Of a DNA stretch of 10,181 bases, positions 7,101-10,181 are shown piece after piece. The notes under the pieces were generated by a model, which worked only from the letters and a program-made list of their open reading frames with translations, did no database searches and was not told the DNA's origin. Source of the stretch: a virus. Its lineage: Duplodnaviria > Heunggongvirae > Uroviricota > Caudoviricetes > Crassvirales. The number at the start of each line of letters is the position of its first letter. Position 1 is the stretch's first letter. The stretch is from the IMG/VR virus record IMGVR_UViG_2974789010_000001, positions 1 through 10,181 of that record; one strand, written 5' to 3'. A program made the translations under genes and the position numbers.

Positions 7101-10100
7101 GTATAGGTCAAATCCCAAGGAATCTCACACTCAGCATACAGTATGTTATTAGGATTATTAGGGTCTGTTACATATCTCAAACCTCCATCTTCTTCATAAC
7201 CAGTAATACCCATAGCAGATACTTGAACTGCACTACCACCTTTAATAGACTGTTTGTTTACCATCTTCTTGAAGAGACTAAAGAATAAAGCTGAGCTATC
7301 ATGCTCTAATCCTCCTTCAAATAAAGGTATAGTAAATTCACCTTTAGCATTAAGACTATAAGCCATAATGTTATCTTTAGACTCCCTGCTGTTGTTAGCT
7401 GTAGTCTGAATTAGTCTATTACTTATCTTACCAGCATCTGATACTGCATTCTCAAATAGATGATAAGAATCAATGATATTAGCAGTAATAAGAGAATTAT
7501 AGAACCTTACAAGATTACCTCCATTCAACTTAACATTACCATACTTACCACCAAGATTAACTCTCTTTCCACCTATATAGCTACTGTAGTCTTTGAACCT
7601 TTCTACCTTAGCCATAATCAGCTTTCTTACCTGAGTACCAAACAACTGAGAACTGTTAATATGCTCTGGAACATTAGTCTGAATTCTATAATCTTCATAA
7701 CTAAGTTGATGCACATAACCCTTAGATAATTGAGAAACAAGAGTATCTTTATCTGATACAGGAACAGCTAATTTAGTAAAATTAGGGTTCTTCTTCTGAT
7801 TTTCTAAAGTCATCTCTAATTCTTTACCATCTTTATCTATAGCAGGTATTACATTTCCTGTAGAATCTATATATAAATTATTTTCATTTATTTTATAATC
7901 TATAGGAGAAGAACCAAATCCACCTACCTTAACAATCTTAGTAGAACCAATCATATCTATAGGCTCACTCTTACCAGTTTCAGGATTAACGTGCTCTTCC
8001 ATCCAATATGCAATATCTCTTAATTTACTGCCAGCAGGCAGAAGTTCAGGTATAAGAACTGCCTCAGCATACTTATGCTGAACAGGTATCTTTAACATAT
8101 CTGCTCCATTGATACTATAGTTTTCAAAAGAGAATAAATAAGGCTTAATAGGTTGAAATATAACAGCTAAATCTGAGATAGACTTAATATCTTCCATTGA
8201 TGGATTCTCATCTTTACCTATCTTTGACCTAATAGATTGTATCTGATTATAAGCTGCTTCCATTCTTTCATCCCACTTACCAGCCATACCCATTACTTTC
8301 TTATAACTTTCAAGTGTTCTATAGCCTTGACCATCTGTTAGAGTATTCTTCTTATATGACTTATATACATTAGAGTTCTTACCAAAGTGATTAGCAATTG
8401 CTGCCATAAACTCTGGGTCAAACTTCTCAGCATTTACATCAATATCATCAAAATAAACTACTCTTTCAATACCATCAGTACTATATCTTTCACCTGTGAA
8501 TGGGTCAATAGCTTCTACACTTAATGCAGAACCTGGGGCATGAATCTCCTTATATCTCTTCTGTAAGTCCTTGGTTCCCTTATAGAAAGAAGGGTCAATA
8601 GTCATCATTTGCAACTGTTGAATAGTAGCAAACTTAGTATTCCAGTAATAGTCTGCTAGCACTTGGTCTATAGTTCTATCACCTTTAACTTCTTGACTTA
8701 GATATACATACTGATTACCTGCTTGTTCAAGTACTCCTAAGTTATTCAGTTGTTGCTTAAACTTAGTAACAGCATCATCCATATATGCTCTAATAGCTTG
8801 CTTAACTGATTGTTCAAGGTTTCCCTCTTTAATCATTCCAGCATACTTAGGTTCATTTAGGAAGGGGAGTAGGCTAAACTTATCTTCATTCTTTGAGAAG
8901 TTGTCAACGGCCTTTATACCTTCCTCCTGCATCTTTTTATTAGCAGCTTTAGTTAACTCCATCCTTCTCTTCTCTTGAACATAGACATTGTACAAACCAT
9001 CTAAGATTTCCTGACCACCATATCTCTTGGCTTTAATGAACTTAGCAACTCCACTATCACCAAGGATAAATACAGGATACCAAGCATATTGACTATTAGG
9101 ACTAATCTGCCTTTCAGAGAAATACTCATTGAGCATCTGTACTGCGTGTTGCTTACTAGTGAAATCATCAAATGTAAGCTTATCAGTACCTAAGAATCTC
9201 TTGAATGTGAAGTTAGCAGCAAAGTTATCTTCTTTACTTAAATCACTATTATAGAGTTCTTCTATCCATTTGTTAAGTATCTTACCATTATACTGGAAGT
9301 ATGAGGAATCAAGATAAGTAGTTTCAAGCATAGCTTGAAGTCCTCTCTTATCAGTAGCCTTTACAAAGCTAGCTATTCTATCAAATCTATCTCCCATGAA
9401 TGATGGAATGACATTACTAAAGAAAGTATTATCACCATATCTTACTCTACTTTCAAGCTTTAAGCCTTCCCTGCTCTTAGCTACAATAGCAAGTACTTTA
9501 GTAATCTTCTCTCTCAGTACACCTTTCTTTTCATTACTGGAAGCTCTCTTGATTAACTCCTCATAACTAACATCCTTCCTTCCCTCTTGCTCTTCCTTAG
9601 TAAGTGTTAAACCAAACTTAGCAGCATCAAGTAATTCCTTATTTAATGCTCTAACATCTTTGTTCTTACTCATTATTCTATCTAAAGTCTCACCATCTAT
9701 ATCAATACCCAGTGATTCTGTAGCATCAATTAAGAACTGCTTTCTTTCAACCTTGGACATTTGCCAGAACTTAGATTTCTCAGTTATTCTCTCTGGTTGT
9801 GTAAGAGTGTCAATTATCTTATTTCTAATTCTCTCTACTCTTACTGGCATAACCCTAGTACTAAGACCACTCTTTTCAAAGATACTTCTAGTAGGATTAA
9901 CTACCTTACCAAGTTTAACTGAGGTCAAGAATGAACTAAAAGGTTTATCACCTTTAATTCTATTAAGTAGAGCAGTCTTGTAAGTCTTAATTCTGCCATC
10001 TTGTTTCTCAGTCTGCATAGCATAAGGTTGGAAGTTCTTCTTGAAATCAGTATAGAACTGGGTTCTTACTAATGGATTCTCAAGCTCTTCCATGAATGGA

Positions 10101-10180
10101 GAAACCCACCCAGCAGTACTACTATACTCTCTAAGAGCATTCATCATTTCAGTTTCACTGCCAACACCTCTAAGTACATC
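4166..10180 (-). CDS. Virion-associated DNA-dependent RNA polymerase, single-chain two-barrel (beta/beta'-like) type of crAss-like phages; 5'-partial
   Basis: The ORF track gives 1993 aa from the ATG at 10147, but the frame stays open to the window edge (..DVLRGVGSETE-MMNAL..), so the true start is probably outside the window. Motifs, numbered from the 10147 ATG: TDGQG (aa 604, nt 8324-8338); RIP (aa 1061, nt 6959-6967); catalytic DFDID (aa 1100, nt 6836-6850); GKLIGIFAN (6239-6265); SVDAVKDP (aa 1352, nt 6071-6094). Their order and spacing match the crAss vRNAP / QDE-1-like two-barrel polymerase family. Stop is TAA at 4166-4168. Confidence 0.93.
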   Translation of the reverse strand, partial: DVLRGVGSETEMMNALREYSSTAGWVSPFMEELENPLVRTQFYTDFKKNFQPYAMQTEKQDGRIKTYKTALLNRIKGDKPFSSFLTSVKLGKVVNPTRSIFEKSGLSTRVMPVRVERIRNKIIDTLTQPERITEKSKFWQMSKVERKQFLIDATESLGIDIDGETLDRIMSKNKDVRALNKELLDAAKFGLTLTKEEQEGRKDVSYEELIKRASSNEKKGVLREKITKVLAIVAKSREGLKLESRVRYGDNTFFSNVIPSFMGDRFDRIASFVKATDKRGLQAMLETTYLDSSYFQYNGKILNKWIEELYNSDLSKEDNFAANFTFKRFLGTDKLTFDDFTSKQHAVQMLNEYFSERQISPNSQYAWYPVFILGDSGVAKFIKAKRYGGQEILDGLYNVYVQEKRRMELTKAANKKMQEEGIKAVDNFSKNEDKFSLLPFLNEPKYAGMIKEGNLEQSVKQAIRAYMDDAVTKFKQQLNNLGVLEQAGNQYVYLSQEVKGDRTIDQVLADYYWNTKFATIQQLQMMTIDPSFYKGTKDLQKRYKEIHAPGSALSVEAIDPFTGERYSTDGIERVVYFDDIDVNAEKFDPEFMAAIANHFGKNSNVYKSYKKNTLTDGQGYRTLESYKKVMGMAGKWDERMEAAYNQIQSIRSKIGKDENPSMEDIKSISDLAVIFQPIKPYLFSFENYSINGADMLKIPVQHKYAEAVLIPELLPAGSKLRDIAYWMEEHVNPETGKSEPIDMIGSTKIVKVGGFGSSPIDYKINENNLYIDSTGNVIPAIDKDGKELEMTLENQKKNPNFTKLAVPVSDKDTLVSQLSKGYVHQLSYEDYRIQTNVPEHINSSQLFGTQVRKLIMAKVERFKDYSSYIGGKRVNLGGKYGNVKLNGGNLVRFYNSLITANIIDSYHLFENAVSDAGKISNRLIQTTANNSRESKDNIMAYSLNAKGEFTIPLFEGGLEHDSSALFFSLFKKMVNKQSIKGGSAVQVSAMGITGYEEDGGLRYVTDPNNPNNILYAECEIPWDLTYTDNAGKEHALDFGTYCNEDGTLKVDADGNTLLEKTYPNILSLLAYRIPTERDYSMINLRVKRFSHKTAGGTIKVPPQGTTIAGFDFDIDKLYFMRNEYQQRQLISEEVKNIWSEFYDTYPNLKAVLKEAREEDTESLDRLYKYWEKAGLPYTYQAAFNQFVADRGYIKFEEYDFSKSPLENSKASRNNMLIHLIQQRLSDVETFGDRYTPGGFSNASKAARVMRELMFGNVIADHSSSTVDLSSINRAIDEGKLEDPEPNYDPSDPMTIVTYNQQNNVAGKLIGIFANQNTNHAFASLMEEFYLKEAISFAGKTYADLLHNSEIDTSLNVAEFLAASVDAVKDPVLNFLNLNTITADAGAMLARLGFTTEDIGLLFNQPIIKDICEYSFNNGMSDINSVIDNVLDTYEVEGELNKAIPEEFDKEQLAYNIVRSANEDKKDLMRDDEFVERQIHVADLFRKILEASNDVSQFVRNTKFTASNAVGSTFGDAYAQQMKVAAYVKSFKKADALKVGMKVAQGIYSPINNEDNTLAMNDQEYMESLLENPFAYEQAMYDMNRKAEKAINKFYPYNTKAYKEAREELAGFTRSGLLDAETINSIHSDLMVFMLSQQENSLFNGNMPINAAGEVVTAREYFTEVFPEGLFNILEANPTMKSMPMFQYMQFQTDEKTGKVSMNIQDIGGLAPYQKDELKESWGDLMRNENTAEIAQSLFLYNYYKLGFTYSPMAFMNLAPTEVKLAVQVGYDYNGNPQSYVDFLNEVQKSRIGVNSQEFAKQYLLNHLDNTRLVLHPKGRSGKIISNLAFEKGVAVNSFTLNAKKLGKDANPFLLPSEDKGIDVFRPVIVIDDVVYLCNNGGDIFNQSTTGSMDYFRVDALGDAGKSLQYSSNGITTSMVADTEVQDNGNTSVEPEVVSTPDTSLTTEELIKEATDLALKADNTLQRDMVVEMLSKASREDLIDTINSLKAQANNVTDQEGNKIC
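6836..6850 (-). other. RNAP catalytic Mg2+-binding aspartate triad DFDID (context AGFDFDIDKLYF)
   Basis: Direct translation. A DxDxD motif about 40 aa after an R-x-P motif, equivalent to NADFDGD of cellular beta' and DxDGD of RNAi RdRPs. The G-to-I form is the one known from crAss-like phage RNAPs such as phi14:2 gp66. Confidence 0.92.
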
Positions 10181-10181
10181 A

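Larger units (their letters stand above)
1..10181 (-). mobile_element. Segment of a crAss-like phage (Crassvirales) genome: end of the virion RNAP / ejection-protein operon
   Basis: Two adjacent giant ORFs. One carries the crAss-type RNAP catalytic motif DFDID with flanking two-barrel polymerase motifs; the other is a large protein with a zincin-like motif and hydrophobic C-terminal helices. AT-rich, densely coding, no cellular housekeeping genes. Family or genus cannot be assigned without a database search. Confidence 0.9.

Noticed and set aside
8064-8081. Inverted repeat TCAGCATA-CT-TATGCTGA
   Set aside because: An 8-bp arm with a 2-nt loop is within chance expectation for this window, has no U-tract, and lies in constrained coding sequence.
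1295-9983. Short plus-strand ORFs from the track (1295-1486, 1765-1986, 2651-3022, 5549-5734, 6224-6427, 7079-7288, 7460-7729, 9660-9983) and the nested minus-strand ORF 2070-2258
   Set aside because: All lie fully inside the two long genes. The plus-strand ones have the Ser/Leu/Ile/Phe-rich composition typical of antisense shadows of biased coding sequence. None shows a recognisable motif or independent expression signal.
49-10147. Recurrent D/N-x-x-G-K/N/E peptides in both proteins (VDENGNP, IDKDGKE, VDADGNT, DEKTGKV, NPETGKS and others)
   Set aside because: This is a generic beta-hairpin turn signature, irregularly spaced with no wider similarity, so it is not evidence of a repeat domain.
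49-10180. Stop-codon reassignment (TAG=Gln or TGA=Trp), known in some Crassvirales
   Set aside because: Both genes are fully open in the standard code over about 3,370 codons and end in TAA. No in-frame TAG or TGA needs explaining. Recoding elsewhere in the genome cannot be excluded from this window.
1-10181. tRNA, rRNA, CRISPR array, group I/II intron, integrase or IS elements
   Set aside because: The window is essentially fully coding (non-coding only at 1-48 and 4165). I saw no cloverleaf, spaced repeat array, ORF interruption or recombinase/transposase motif.

Overview
This window is part of a crAss-like bacteriophage genome (order Crassvirales; hosts of this order are Bacteroidota). It is AT-rich (about 35% GC by sampling lines) and almost fully covered by two giant co-oriented minus-strand genes. 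(1) A 5'-truncated gene of more than 2000 codons (4166 to the window edge) encodes a single-chain two-barrel RNA polymerase, with motifs TDGQG, YRIPT, AGFDFDIDKL, GKLIGIFAN and SVDAVKDP. This is the virion-packaged RNAP typical of Crassvirales. (2) Starting 1 nt after its stop is a 1371-aa protein (49-4164), probably a virion cargo/ejection protein, with an N-terminal zincin-like domain carrying a non-canonical EExxH motif and C-terminal hydrophobic helices. The operon ends with tandem TAA stops and a strong, probably bidirectional intrinsic terminator (1-40). The most striking unexplained signals are: near-total CpG loss (7 in 10.2 kb by manual count versus about 300 expected, with no CGN arginine codons), no GATC sites, cysteines at the facing ends of two Cys-poor proteins, and a 14-bp bulged hairpin just inside the second gene. 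The module itself belongs to a known class. The candidate novelties are hypotheses, and all counts were done by eye.
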